From NCBI GenBank assembly GCA_013239625.1, contig MU054117.1, positions 4,516,677 to 4,580,676 of the forward strand: DNA of 64,000 nucleotides. Direction: 5' to 3'. Of this stretch, positions 1-11,500 are shown piece after piece. Below the pieces are notes generated by a model. That model saw nothing but the letters and a program-made list of their open reading frames with translations. It was not told where the DNA came from and did no database searches. This stretch comes from Lama guanicoe (Eukaryota). Position 1 is the stretch's first letter. The number at the start of each line of letters is the position of its first letter. The translations under genes and the position numbers were made by a program.

Positions 1-589
1 GTATCCCTCACCCAACTTCCCTGGTACATGACTGAGGAAAACATGGCTTTGTGTGGGCAGGACCCCCCTGCTCCATCACCTGATCTGTAAACATGTGCCA
101 CCCGGAGCCAGGAGCTGGGCCACACTCCCTGCAGGTCCAGAGATGCATGTGTTCCCTGCTCCAAGGAGCTTTGCCACCAAGTGCGGGAGAAAGATCTGAT
201 AAGTGTCACATGGGTCATTTATATCCAAAAGCCCTGTGGGATCTGAAAGGCTGGGGTGGGGCTTCATGGAGACGGGGGTGTTGACCTAAACCTTGAAAGA
301 AAGAGAGGATTTCCGGAGGAAAGTTGATGGAGGCAGGGGCTTCCCAGCAAGGAAGGGCTTAGCAGGAGGAACAAAAGAAGAGAGATGCTGGATGCAGGGC
401 GGGGTGGGCGATTTCATTATCCAGATGATAAAACCTGCAGCCCTGGAACTAAGAAGGGCTAATTACGAAAGATGCTAAAGAAGAAATGCTGGGTCAGTTC
501 ACTGATGTTGCCAGGCGTTCGTTAAACTGGGCTGCACCAGGTCCAGGAGGATAAGAATATTTGCTTTATGTTACAATATAACAGCTGGC

Positions 590-770
590 ACTTACATTTG
601 CTGTGTTCCCAGACACTAACAGCTTCACGTGCAGTATCTCCTTTAAATCCTCACCGTGACCTCTGAGGTAGGGACTGCTATAACCTCCACCGTCCCTGTG
701 CAGACACTCATGTAGAGAGGCTTGGTGATTTGCCCAAAAACACAGTCTGTAAGTGAAGACAGAAAGAACT
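590..770 (-). mobile_element. MIR SINE fragment
   Basis: MIR core-like ...agagaggcttggtgatttgcccaaaaacacag; boundaries approximate. Confidence 0.6.
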
Positions 771-1060
771 AGCCAGGTCAGGAGTAAGATTTTTTTTCCT
801 TAGATTCAGGAGATTCGACTTTGTTTCTAGATAGAACGAAAAGAGCCGAGCTGGGCTGAAGGGACCAATGAGAGGCGCAAGAGAAGAAGGGAAAATGGCT
901 GGAGCGGTCCCTGGAGGACGTGGGAGGAGACAGGAGGGACCCTGGAGGCCAAGAGGGGCGGGCCTGCTGCAGCGGCCGGTCTGCCCTGTCACATCCCCGA
1001 GCGTGGGAGTTTGCGGCTGAGCGGGAACAACATGGAACCTCTCTCGTCTGTGCATCACAG

Positions 1061-1159
1061 GTGATTAAGGAACTCCAGGAGTTTTACAAGGACACCTACA
1101 ACAAGCTCAAAAACAAGGACGAGCCCCAGCGGGAGACGCTGAAAGCCATCCACTACGCG
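1061..1159 (+). CDS. CD9: CD9 tetraspanin internal coding exon (start of large extracellular loop EC2)
   Basis: cacag|GTG...GCG|gtacgc; 99 bp; [33 protein letters not shown] matches mammalian CD9. Confidence 0.97.
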
Positions 1160-1280
1160 GTACGCCGTCTCCGCAGAGACACCGGCCCTTCCTCTCGCCC
1201 TCAGAACGCCTGTCCGTCTCTCTTTCAGTCCTCTTTCATACCGGCCTCGCTCACCCCCATCCCTGCTCCTCTCTCTGCAG

Positions 1281-1370
1281 TTGAACTGCTGCGGTGTGCT
1301 TGGGGGAGTGGAACAGTTTATCTCGGACATCTGCCCCGAAAAGAACAACATCGCCAGCATCACAATTAAG
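1281..1370 (+). CDS. CD9: CD9 coding exon with tetraspanin CCG motif
   Basis: ctgcag|TTG...AAG|gtaact; 90 bp; [30 protein letters not shown]. Confidence 0.97.
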
Positions 1371-1968
1371 GTAACTTCCACGCCGGACTGTGCCCCTGTC
1401 CGGCTGCTCTGGGCAAACCCCGCAAGAGCAGACGTATGCTCGGCCCTCTTGTTCCGGCAGGACAGCAGCCCCGGGCGGCATCTCCTTTCTCCCCAGCCCT
1501 GGGCCTCTGTTTCCCCAGGGGCAGCAAAACAAAGTCCAGACCAGGGAAATAACGAGGCGTTCTAGCTGCCTGCAGCAAATGGGCACCTGGAACTGCCCGC
1601 CGCCGCCCCAGCCCTCCAGCCATTGCGGGCTGAGGTGCTCTCGCGCTTGGACTCCTGCTTTTTAGACTTGTAAACGGCTCGTGATTGTAAGCTCACAGTA
1701 ATGTCCAGGCTTCAGGGGTCAGGAAGTAACCCGGTGGCCAGATAATAGATAGACCCACATTACCCCCTCTTCCTTCCCTGAATTCTTGCCCAAATTCAGG
1801 GGCCCCACCTCCCAGATCTCTCTCTTGGCTTCTTGCTGTCCACCAGCCAGTCCCCAGCCCTTTCTCTAGGAACACCAGCACTCTGAGTGTGAAATGGGTA
1901 CTGTGGGAAGGAGGATGGGCTTGGAGCAGAGTCTGTGTGTGACCTAGATCTTGGTTTGTCCCCCTAAG

Positions 1969-2052
1969 CCCTGCCCTCAAGCCATCGAAGAGGTCTTCCA
2001 AAACAAATTCCACATCATCGGCGCCGTGGGCATCGGGATCGCAGTGGTGATG
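1969..2052 (+). CDS. CD9: CD9 coding exon (end of EC2, start of TM4)
   Basis: cctaag|CCC...ATG|gtgagt; 84 bp; [28 protein letters not shown]. Confidence 0.96.
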
Positions 2053-2119
2053 GTGAGTGTGATGACAGTTGCCCTGGTGATGAGAGGGCATCAGGATGGA
2101 ATGGTCCCCTTAGCAGTTA

Positions 2120-2355
2120 GGATTTATTAAGCACTTGCTCTGGCCAGGCACTGTTTTAATTAATCAACTAACTAATCGACTAATTTAATCCTCACCCTAC
2201 CTATGAGGTGGGAACTATTAGCATTCTCACTTTACAGATTCAGGCACGGTGAGACAGAGGTTGAGTACGTTGATCAAAGTCTGTCTCTGAGCTCACAGGT
2301 GAGGTATCTGGGATTTGAACCGAGTGTGTCTCAGGAATCCATTCCCTTAACCATT
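2120..2355 (-). mobile_element. MIR SINE in CD9 intron
   Basis: cctatgaggtgggaactattagcattctcactttacagat...ctgggatttgaacc. Confidence 0.7.
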
Positions 2356-2994
2356 AAGGTTCAGGGATAAATGTCCGGTGATTCCACGGCTGCCAGTCCA
2401 CCAACCACACTTGGAGCAGCAAGGATGTAGATCGCCCAGACCTGTTAGTGACCCTGGGATAATCTTCAGAACATGTTTTCACCATGCACCTGCTTTTCTT
2501 TGCCCCAAGAAAGTAGTTCAGTGAAAGCTGCATGGATGTGAACTGTTTCACCTCCCCCTGTGATGTGAAGGACATTCCAAGGTGGATAAACAGAAGGAAG
2601 GCAAAGCTTCCAGTAATCTACTCTCTTGCCAATCAGCCCCCAGGAACCATCAAGGGCTAACTGGCTTCCCTGGGGACCAACCCCCCCCCCACCTCCAAAG
2701 ACTATCCCCAAAAGAGAATGGCTTTGTCTTCTAGAGATTCTCTGCCTCCTTCACCTGCATCTAAGAAAGGCTTGGAGCAGCTTTCAGTAAAAGGCATAAC
2801 AATGCCTTTAAAACTAGAGTTGAAACACAGACAAACGTAGAGGGAAGGAAGAGTACTGGCCTGCAGGGACTGTTGGAATATCTGGAATTTGAGCCTTAAC
2901 TTGAGCTCTGAGCTTGCTAGTCTCGTCCTGAAAGTTCCCCAGGCGTCTTGCACGTGCGGTTAGCCGTAGCTGGTGGCTGCAGACTCAGACTCCC

Positions 2995-3017
2995 GCCAGC
3001 CAGCCAGCCAGCCAGCC
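2995..3017. repeat. (GCCA)5+ tetranucleotide microsatellite
   Basis: gccagccagccagccagccagcc. Confidence 0.85.
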
Positions 3018-3188
3018 TTCCACTGCCCCGCCTGCGTCCCTCTTGCTTCATGCGCTTAACCTCGTTTGGCCTCACAAACGTATTCTCCTTGTCGTCTGTC
3101 GTGGCCTGAATGGCTCACATCTTCCCCTCTCCCTCCGCCTTCCTGCAGCGAAGCCACCCTGTTCCTCACCCTCCTTCCTGTCTTCCAG

Positions 3189-3254
3189 ATCTTCGGCATG
3201 ATCTTCAGTATGATCCTGTGCTGCGCCATTCGCAGGAGCCGAGAGATGGTCTAG
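3189..3254 (+). CDS. CD9: CD9 last coding exon (TM4 end, cytoplasmic tail, TAG stop)
   Basis: ttccag|[24 protein letters not shown]. Confidence 0.97.
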   Translation: MFGMIFSMILCCAIRRSREMV

Positions 3255-3690
3255 AGTCAGCTTCGCACCCCTGAGCAGGAGAATTTACCCCTGAAGATTG
3301 CTGGTTATTTTCTCGGGGTTCTGTTTTTATTTTTTTTGGTTTTCTTTGCCACTAATTTTAGTATTCATTCTGCATTTCTAAACAAAAAAAGTTATTCTAT
3401 GTTTGTGTTTTTAATGCTTTATTCAATATTGATATTTGTAGTTAAGGGGTTTGGGGATTTGGATTTGCTCTGGTTTGTATTTTTTTTCATTGTTTATTTT
3501 TGCTTATTATGTTAAGCAGAATTCCTGCAATGAAAGGTACTATATTTGCCAGACTCTAGACAAAAGATATTGTATATAAAGAGGGGTTTTTTTTGTCTTT
3601 AAATAGATAAAAAAATGTCTATCAAATTTAATCAGATTGTAACTTATGTTAAAGACAATTTGATACAAAATAAAAGATTATGACAATATG
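3255..3690 (+). other. CD9: CD9 3'UTR, U/GU-rich
   Basis: Follows the stop codon; T-rich tracts; ends near AATAAA at 3669-3674. 3' end approximate. Confidence 0.8.
3669..3674 (+). terminator. CD9: CD9 polyadenylation signal
   Basis: AATAAA followed by GT/T-rich downstream element (ggttttgggattttttg). Confidence 0.75.
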
Positions 3691-4779
3691 CAGAGCTGGT
3701 TTTGGGATTTTTTGCTTCCCTTAACTTTTTTTTTTTTAAGAGCTGTTTATTTATTCAGATGTCTTTCGCCTGCGATTTGCCCCAACAGTGTTCATATAGA
3801 AGTAGGTGGGCAGGTTGGTCTCCCTGCTTTACTGGTGAAGAAATCAAGGCACGGAGAGATGAGAGGATTTTGATCCCAGACCACACCGTGGTTCACAGCA
3901 TCAACACTGGACCCTAGCCTGGGACTCTCTCTCGCAGCAGTGTGACGTGTCTTGGGGACACAGCAGTAAACACGAGTGCCCTGATGGTAGGGACTTTGCT
4001 TTATTCGCTGCTGTACCCTCGGCACCTAGAACCTACCGTGTAGGGCATAGTAAGTACTCGGTATTTGTTGGTTGAGTAAATGAGAGTGAGGGTATGCCCA
4101 TCAGGGTGCCATCAGAGGAGCGGAGCATTAAATACCCTTTACAGGGATGTGACCTTACACAGTCACTGGAGCTGGTTAAGCAGCTTTGTAAGACTTGCCT
4201 TTGCTTCTGACGCTGGAACCTGACGCCCACGGAGCAGTCGGGAAGGGCAGGTGGGTGTGAAGCGGAGGAGAGTGAGAACAGGGAGCCGGTGAGGACAGAC
4301 GAATCCGAGTCCGTTCTTGTTCTTGATGGTGGTGCGGGTCCTGCAGAGGCGGGGACCCGGTGCAGTGGAACCAAGCACACACTGGCTGGGATGTTGGGGG
4401 GCTGAGCCAGCAGGGAAGCAGCCATTGGTGGGAGCTACAGAGGGACCCCTGCCCCCTTCCCCGCTCCAGTGGTGCTCCACTCTAGCCACAAGCCAGCAGG
4501 CAGGGGAAGGCTGGCGAGGGTCAGCCTCACCAGGGTGGCTACCCATGAGCCATCAGGCAGGAGACATCGTCCCCACTCTGAAAGTCTCCAATCTAGAGAG
4601 CGGTTCAGAGCCCTCGGCCGGAAATTGGAACACAGCAAGATAAACGCTGCAGAAGAGGAAATACAGAAGCGAAGGAAACCTGTTTTTATTTTCCATTCCT
4701 TGATTCAGTTGAGGCTCTTCCTTAACATTAAAATAAATAAATAAAAATGGCCTGAATGCCATTCTATTAAAAACAAACA

Positions 4780-5095
4780 GAACACCAGTGTTCACAGGAG
4801 AATTACCCTCAAGAGCCAAAAGGTACAAACAATTCAGATAACCCTCAACAGAAGACCGGATGAACAAAATGCGGTAGATCTGTACCACGGAATACTACTT
4901 TGCCTTAAAAAGAAATGAAATCCCAACACATGCTACAACACGGACAAGCCTGGAAGGCACGATGCTAAGCAAGTGAGCCAGACGAAAAAGAACAAGTACT
5001 GTATGACCCTAAATAGATGAGGGACCCAGACTAGGGAAATTCATAGAGACAGAAAGTAGATTCGAGACAACCAGGGGCCAAGGGAGGGGAGAACA
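4780..5095 (+). mobile_element. Old L1 (L1MB-like) 3' fragment
   Basis: ggatgaacaaaatgcgg...ggaatactactttgccttaaaaagaaatgaaat...catagagacagaaagtagatt. Confidence 0.75.
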
Positions 5096-5399
5096 GGGCA
5101 ACAAATTCGAATAGAAGCAGCTGGACAGGAAAGGTTATTACTACACCCGGTGCCCTTCAAGGACTGAAAGTGGGGAGCTTTCAGGTCCCCAAACCCCCGG
5201 CACTTTCCTTAAGGGCCCACCTCCCCACGTCCCTCGTCCTACAGAGTGAAGCTGAGTGGTGTGAGGGCGGAGCCAAGACCCCGCCTGTGCCCCAGCCCTC
5301 ATCCTGTGCTGCTGTCCGTCTCCTCCCCCCGGGAAGGAGGTTTTAGCTAGCGCATTAAGAACCCCCAGGGCAACAATGAAGTTTTGTTTCACTGACACT

Positions 5400-7000
5400 T
5401 AGTCTGCCGTATCTCATGAGCTTCATGGGCACAAGACAGAAAGATGAGTGGACTTAACAGCTCATTGGCAGATCCATAGCTGGGTGAAGACCCCCATACA
5501 AGGGGAAGGGTCTCCACTGTTGAGCTAGGGCGTCCAGCTTGGCCTTACCCTGCTCAGTGTTCTAAATGATAACTTGGAATATTTTTAAATATGGTAGGTT
5601 CAACAAAGCTCTGAGGAATATCCAGTTATCTGGGTAACAGAATTATAGTTCAAAGAGATCACAGGGTCTGGAATAAAGGATTACGACACCCAAAGGATAT
5701 ATCTTAACAGGAATAAATAATCAGTAAATGAAATCAAGCAATCCATATAATATGTTTAACATAATTCCTCACCCTTGCACTTCAAGGAGCTGAGTAAGTT
5801 TAGCACATATTTGGCTGGTTGGATAATAGGGTTTTATCCGTCATATGTTAAGTCTGGAGGCAACCACAGGTATTGATGTAGCAGCAAGGCGCTGTCAAAG
5901 ATGGCATCTCTCTGATTCTCTTGGCCTGCCCGCATGATCACAAGGTAGCTGCCACAGCTCCAACCATCTCTACGTTCACAGCAGGAAGTAGGGGAGAAGA
6001 GCAAATGCTTGCTACAATCTTTTTTAAAAAATCTAAAATGCCACAACATTGTAAAATGATTATAAATCAATAAAAAAAAAGTTCAATCAATCAATCTAAA
6101 ATACAAAAGCTTCTCCCAACAAACTGGAAGCCAACTTCTACTTGTGCACCATTGGCCGAAATCTGTCACCTGGGTACCATAGCTATAAAGGAGGCTGAGA
6201 ACATGAGTATCTAGTTTTTCCATCGATAGTGAAAGTGGGAAAGGAACAAATGAGTTATGAGAGCTTTATCTGATTTTACAGTAGGAGAACTTGAGGTTCA
6301 GAGAAGTTAAATATTTGCCCCGGATCATCCAGTTCACATACTGGATACAGATTTGAATCCATGTCTGTCTTTCTTCGGTCTTACTGCATATTTCACACAG
6401 TGGTGCCTCCCAGGATTAATATCATAGAAAGAAATTTAACAGAGACATCCTGGAATGCCTTTTGATTGGAAGAACTCAATTCCATCAATGCAAGTTGGAA
6501 AACAATTTCATTTGAAAAAAGACATGGAACTGTAGCTTACCACAAACCTAACAGAAGTCAAAACTGTGAGGTCAGGATGTCTTGAGCTCTGTCCGAGGAG
6601 GTGGGTGTCCAGATGGAAGGAGATACTAAAGCCACAGGTACATCGGTCAGGCCCCAGGGCAGCAGGATGATCCAGTCAGATCAGAAAGGAGGGTGGGCAA
6701 CCACAGAGACCTGGAAGGGGCAGACCTAAAACCCTGTCGTCCAAGAGGAGACGCGGGACCAGGGGATTCAAACCTGGGTGGGATGGGAAACCAACAACAC
6801 AACAAACTATTCTCAAACGTCTAGAGGTTGTAAGGTGGACCGGGGGTATATGTCGTCCCAGAGGCCACAGTGAGGACTCGGGGGTGGAACTCACAGGAAG
6901 CAGATTTTGGCTTAACGCCAAGAAAACTCCTTAAAACCAGGGCTGTCCAATAAAGCAGGGAGCCCCAGGATGTGAAGGGGGCTCCAGGAGAGGCTGGAGA
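5400..7000 (+). mobile_element. Ancient L3/CR1 remnant interrupted by LTR33-like and MIR pieces
   Basis: CR1 3'-like ...ggaagcagattttggcttaacgccaagaaaactcc...gctgtcc near 6895-6950; LTR33-like motif at ~5890-6220; boundaries approximate. Confidence 0.45.
6030..6104 (+). mobile_element. Very short 5'-truncated young L1 tail with TSD
   Basis: cacaacattgtaaaatgattataaatcaataaa+polyA, flanked by aatctaaaatgc / aatctaaaatac. Confidence 0.65.
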
Positions 7001-7303
7001 TGGGGTTGTGCCAATTCCTGCACCATGGAGGTTTTAGGAACTCCGACATCTCCTCCACTTCAGAGATCTCATCTGTCGGTCTCCAAGCAGACGCTCAGGA
7101 AACCAGAGCTCTCGCTCTATTTTTTTTTCACTTGGGGGTGAGTGAGTAGGAACAAGGGTGAAGAGAGGACCTCTAGCAGAGATTAAAGTGATAGGAGTGG
7201 TGAACGTTTCCATGGACAATCCCAAAGTATTTCAAAATAATGCCTTATCTCTGAAATTGTTGCATTTTTTCCATATCCAGTGCCATTCTTGGGCTGTTCA
7301 AGA

Positions 7304-7915
7304 TGCAAGCAGACAGGGTAGGGGATCCCTGGGGAAAGAGAACCAGGTACGGCTTCCTTGATGTAAGAGAAGCCATTTTTGGCTTAAGCCATTTTGTGAC
7401 CTAAGCCTGGCCACCATGCCTGCCCTTGAACAGGTCCAGTAATTAGTGATCTTAAGGAAATAAAGGAATACAGGAACACAGGAAAAGCTGTCAAGAAACA
7501 TTAGTTCAGCCATAAAACAGAATCCTCGTCCCTCCTCAAGGAACATAACAGTCTGGCACACAACTTGGAGTTCTGCAGGGACCACGGCCCCCACCCAAGT
7601 GGAAGATGGAACGATGCTCTTGACCTTTTCTGACCCTGGGACATCAATCGACTAAAGCTTGGACTCTGTCCACCTTGGCCACAATTCTATGCTGAATTAT
7701 TCTCTGCTCAAGCCCCTTTATAAATACGCATGTACCTTTAGCTTAAAACTTCCCCAGTTTTGCTGTTCAGGGAGACATTGTTTTGGGAGAAAAAAAAAAC
7801 CCAGTGTTCTTCTTACCGGCTGCAAGTAATAAACACTTCCTTCTCCCAGTCTTTGCCTTGGTTGTGTCTTTTGGTTCGACACTCGCCAGAAGGTGAAGCC
7901 AGTTTTCAGGCAACA
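7304..7915 (+). mobile_element. Solo ERV1-type LTR
   Basis: TG...CA termini with 4-bp AAGA flanks on both sides; TATAAA ~7718 and AATAAA ~7829; homologous to the LTR at ~12880-13529. Confidence 0.7.
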
Positions 7916-8385
7916 AAGATGCAAAGAAAAGCTCACCCTACCCTTAACTAATCAGAAGGATATTTAGCATCTCAGCAGCCACATCGTGACGTCTGCATCT
8001 CTGCAATTTCCAGCCTGGACTGGACAGCAGACCTAGTAGAGGCCTGAGACAGTGACTCATTCCAGCTCTGCACACGGCATCTCTGCTTCTCTCTGCATCT
8101 CACAGTCAAGCGCCCTGAGCTGAAAGGATCTAAACAGGTAGTCGGCACTATCCAACAAGAAGCCTCCCCACTGGTACCTCTTGTGGGGACACGGATCCCG
8201 GATCCCTGGTCCCACTGCTCATAGCAAAGAGAGTGGTGTCCATGTTCAGGGTGCCCCACGGCCTTCCAAGCACAGCAAATTAGCCAAAGAGAACTTCCTG
8301 AAACACCCTTCCTGGCTAGAGCTAACTGGCTCAAGGACCACCTGGGACAGCTACCCTAGATGACCCCATCCATAGTCTTTACACC

Positions 8386-8526
8386 CCACGGGGCGCTGCA
8401 ATGGAGTAAATGGGTCTGTGGAGAGGGGTGTTCTCAAATAAGTGTGACTGCCATGGGGCGCTGCAATGGAATTCGAGGAGTAAATGGGTCTGTGGAGAGG
8501 GGTGTTCTCAAATAAGTGTGACTGCC
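8386..8526. repeat. Two-copy tandem duplication (65 bp + 74 bp)
   Basis: ggggcgctgcaatgga...gtaaatgggtctgtggagaggggtgttctcaaataagtgtgactgcc present twice. Confidence 0.95.
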
Positions 8527-9032
8527 CTCTGAGAAGGGTGGGATTCTGCATGCGGGTCTTTGGGAAAAGGAAGTTACAGAGAGGGTCTAAGAACCCTGGG
8601 AAGTCAATGGCAGAGTCAACTACAGGGTCATGGGTCCAAGCCAGGGATCATCAGAGTCTTAGGACTTGATTCCACCAAGCTAAGCTCTCTGCTCTCCCCC
8701 GGCCCAATCCAGCCTCAGTTCCAGTGCTGCCTTGGAGAGCCCTAAGCAGCTAATGTAATAGTTTCCACTCAAGCACTGGCTGGCAGATCCCTGGAGAGCT
8801 AATTCGATTTCTTGCCTTTTAAATTGGATTTCCCCAAACCATCTGCTTCCCCTGTGGCGATGCAGGCAGAATCAGATCTTATTCCAGGGTAGACTCCCCA
8901 CTGCTCTGCAATGCCTCCCGCCCCAAGCCAGGCGGTGAGGGACCCAGCGGGGCCATTCTAACACACCCCGCAAGGACCCACAGATCTCAGCAGAGTTTGG
9001 GCTGCCCAGCTACCCTCAGTACTGCCCTGGGA

Positions 9033-9506
9033 GTTGAGGATAACAGCTGAAAATTGTTACTCCCCATCTGCCTCTACAAGGATGAAGTCAGAGGCACTGC
9101 AGCGCCTGACATTCAACACACCCTGAAAGGAGTTCAGAGCCGAGATCAGGAATGAGGCACTCTTTGCTCCGGGAGAAACTGGCGGAACATGCCTTCAAAT
9201 CGTTAGATATTTTCAGGAGACTTTTTGAGCCCAGTTTCTTGAATCTTCTCATATCTAGATGAGCACTGAAACCACAGACGGAGGCAGCTGCTCCTCGTGA
9301 CTAGCAGCATCTTCTGCCTAAACGCGTGCTTGACTGCACACATTCTCTAAATCTCTAAAGTCATCTATGTGCTGACCTCCCCGCTACCTTTGGGAGCAGT
9401 TCCTCAGGGCCGTCCGAGAGGCCGTCTCCTGGGCTACGGTCCTCATCTGACCCCAGATGAAACGCAACTCACAACTCTCACGTGTGCGTTTTTTTGTTCG
9501 GCCGAT
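9033..9506 (+). mobile_element. Solo LTR, MER34/LTR39-like (ERV1)
   Basis: Characteristic 3' end tttgggagcagttcctcagggc...aactcacaactctcacgtgtgcgttttttt. Confidence 0.65.
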
Positions 9507-9631
9507 GGGGAGACACATGGATGATTCTATAGGCTCAACATACAGGTAATTTGAGGGTCAAAGGAAAGGCCTGCCCAGGACCTCAGAGCTCAAGCAGGCC
9601 TAAAGAAGCGCCACGGCCGTGCGAAAGGGAC

Positions 9632-10137
9632 TGTCCGGGAGGAAGTCATTGTCCTCCCCGCTCCAGGCTCTTCTGGCTGGTCTAAGAATGAAATTGACAT
9701 GAGACAGAGTCACAGGGAGAAAGTCAAATAAAGTTTCTACATGAAAGAGACCAGGAAATCTGAGTAATCCTCACCTTAAACGCCAACCTCAGCTGAAGAC
9801 AAGCTCGGGTGTTGAGGGTGGGGAGAGCCAATTACAGGAGGTGATGGGGAAGAGCACAGCAAACAAGGGTAAGGTTGTGATGCAGACTCAAGTCAACCCT
9901 TTCTCCATTGATAAAGAGTTTCTAGGAATCCGGTCCTTTTCTTCCTGGTACCACGAGAAAGACACCCTTACAAATGGAAGTTTCCCTTCTCAATGGAGAT
10001 GTTTCTGACAAAAGGCTAACGCCTCCTTGGTTTGCAGAGTTTATTTCAGGTCTCCTGTTTCTTAGGAAATGACCAGCTTAACATAATTAACATGCCAAAG
10101 AGACTCATTTTGCGGTGGCAAATTCGGGTCCCCTACA
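9632..10137 (-). mobile_element. Solo ERV1-type LTR
   Basis: TG...CA termini, flanks ggac/ggaa; reverse strand starts tgtaggggacccgaatttgccacc-caaaat...tctttggcat. Confidence 0.65.
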
Positions 10138-10184
10138 GGAAAGAGACATTAAAATAGATCTACATTCAAAAGATGTCCCCAGCT

Positions 10185-10340
10185 GGGGAGAGGGTATAGC
10201 TCAGTGGTAGGGTGTGTGCTTAGCATGCATGAGGTCCTGTGTTCAATCCCCAGTCCCTCCATTAAAGATAATAATAATAAATAGGTAAGTCTAATTACCC
10301 CCGCCTCAAAAAAAACTAAAGAAAATTTAAAAAACAAAAC
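10185..10340 (+). mobile_element. tRNA-Ala(AGC)-derived SINE (camelid Vic-1 type)
   Basis: A box tagctcagtgg, anticodon arm gcttagcatgc, B box gttcaatccc, A-rich tail; degenerate TSD aaaagatgtcc/aaaagatggcc. Confidence 0.85.
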
Positions 10341-10424
10341 AAAAGATGGCCTTGGCCTTGGTTTCTTTGTGTGTAAGTTGGAGCTGATAAAACATGCCTC
10401 AGAGGGTACTTTTGAAAATTAAAA

Positions 10425-10555
10425 GTATTAAAAAGAAGCGAGCTATCAAGCTGGAAAAAGAGCTGGAGGAAACAAAGGCATCTTAGCAAGTGAAAGAAGC
10501 CAATCTGAAAAGGCTCCTTGCTGTATGATTCCAACTGCATGACATTCTGGAAAAT
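10425..10555 (+). mobile_element. L1MC-like 3' fragment
   Basis: gagctatcaagc...aagtgaaagaagccaatctgaaaaggct...tgtatgattccaactgcatgacattctggaaaa. Confidence 0.7.
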
Positions 10556-11049
10556 GAAACCACACCCACAGGGTTAACAGAGACTGGTGGATAACAGAAA
10601 TTCTTGAGATTGTCCTACAGAAGAGCAGGTAAGGGAACAGCTTGTTTAAAACCCCTCTGCTTGTAACCTGCCTTCACTCTCTTTGGACTCCTTAACCATC
10701 CCTATAAGAGAACACCTCTGACCGACGGGTCATGCTAGCAACAGTGATGGGGGTCGAGGGTGCTTGAGCTGTTTTGAAACTTGGAATCAACTCTCGTCCA
10801 GTTCGTAGTTTAGTCCATGAATGACATATTGGGCACCTCTTGGTTTACAGCAAAGGCAGAGAAGGAAGGTCACAGCAAGCACTTCAGTTAAGCACAAATC
10901 TCTCCCAGGGAGAGCAGTGTTTTCTCAAACCCTGGCTGACATAAGCAAATTTCATCATTTCCTCCATAAATAACTGGCTATTACATTTAGTATCACTTAC
11001 ATCTCCTTTCAATTGTGGTGGGTTGGGAATTGTTAAATAACCCATATAT

Positions 11050-11500
11050 AATCATGATCTAGTCAAGAAGACAGAGTCCAAAATGGGTAATTTATCAGAG
11101 AATTTAACGTAGGGAATTGGTTAAACAGGTTTTGGAGGACAGAAAAATCAAAAAGAGAACAGAAGTAATAATCAAGGGGAACAGCTCCCAGCCCCGGCAC
11201 TGGGAGAACAGAGGGCAGAGGTGGGGTTACTGGACCCTAGAAGCTGGGAGGAGGGGCCCTGCTGAGCTGGGACAGACTCTGAGGACGGGCCATGTCCCCG
11301 CTGCTGCTGGCACCTCTGAGGGCCGTGGAGAGGCTGGTTCTGGGGGTACCACAGCCTACGCCTCTGATCATTGGCGTGGGATTCCTAAAACCTTCACCCG
11401 ACTGGGAGCTCAGAAAAGCAGTTAGGGGAGCAGGGGGGAGCAGGCAGAAAGGAAGAGCTGGCCACCCCCTTCCCTAAGGCAGGCCCCTCAAGAGGCAAAA
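11050..11500 (-). mobile_element. Old LTR (LTR78/79-like)
   Basis: gaatttaacgtagggaattggttaaacagg motif; diverged, boundaries approximate. Confidence 0.45.

Noticed and set aside
920..1565. Longer ORFs spanning CD9 exons (intron-retention products)
   Set aside because: Fully explained by canonical exons plus chance open intronic frame.
8386..8526. CRISPR-like repeat
   Set aside because: Only two adjacent copies, no unique spacers, mammalian DNA.
10185..10260. tRNA-Ala gene (also 17033, 39451, 41850)
   Set aside because: Diverged stems, SINE tails and TSDs show these are SINE heads, not tRNA genes.
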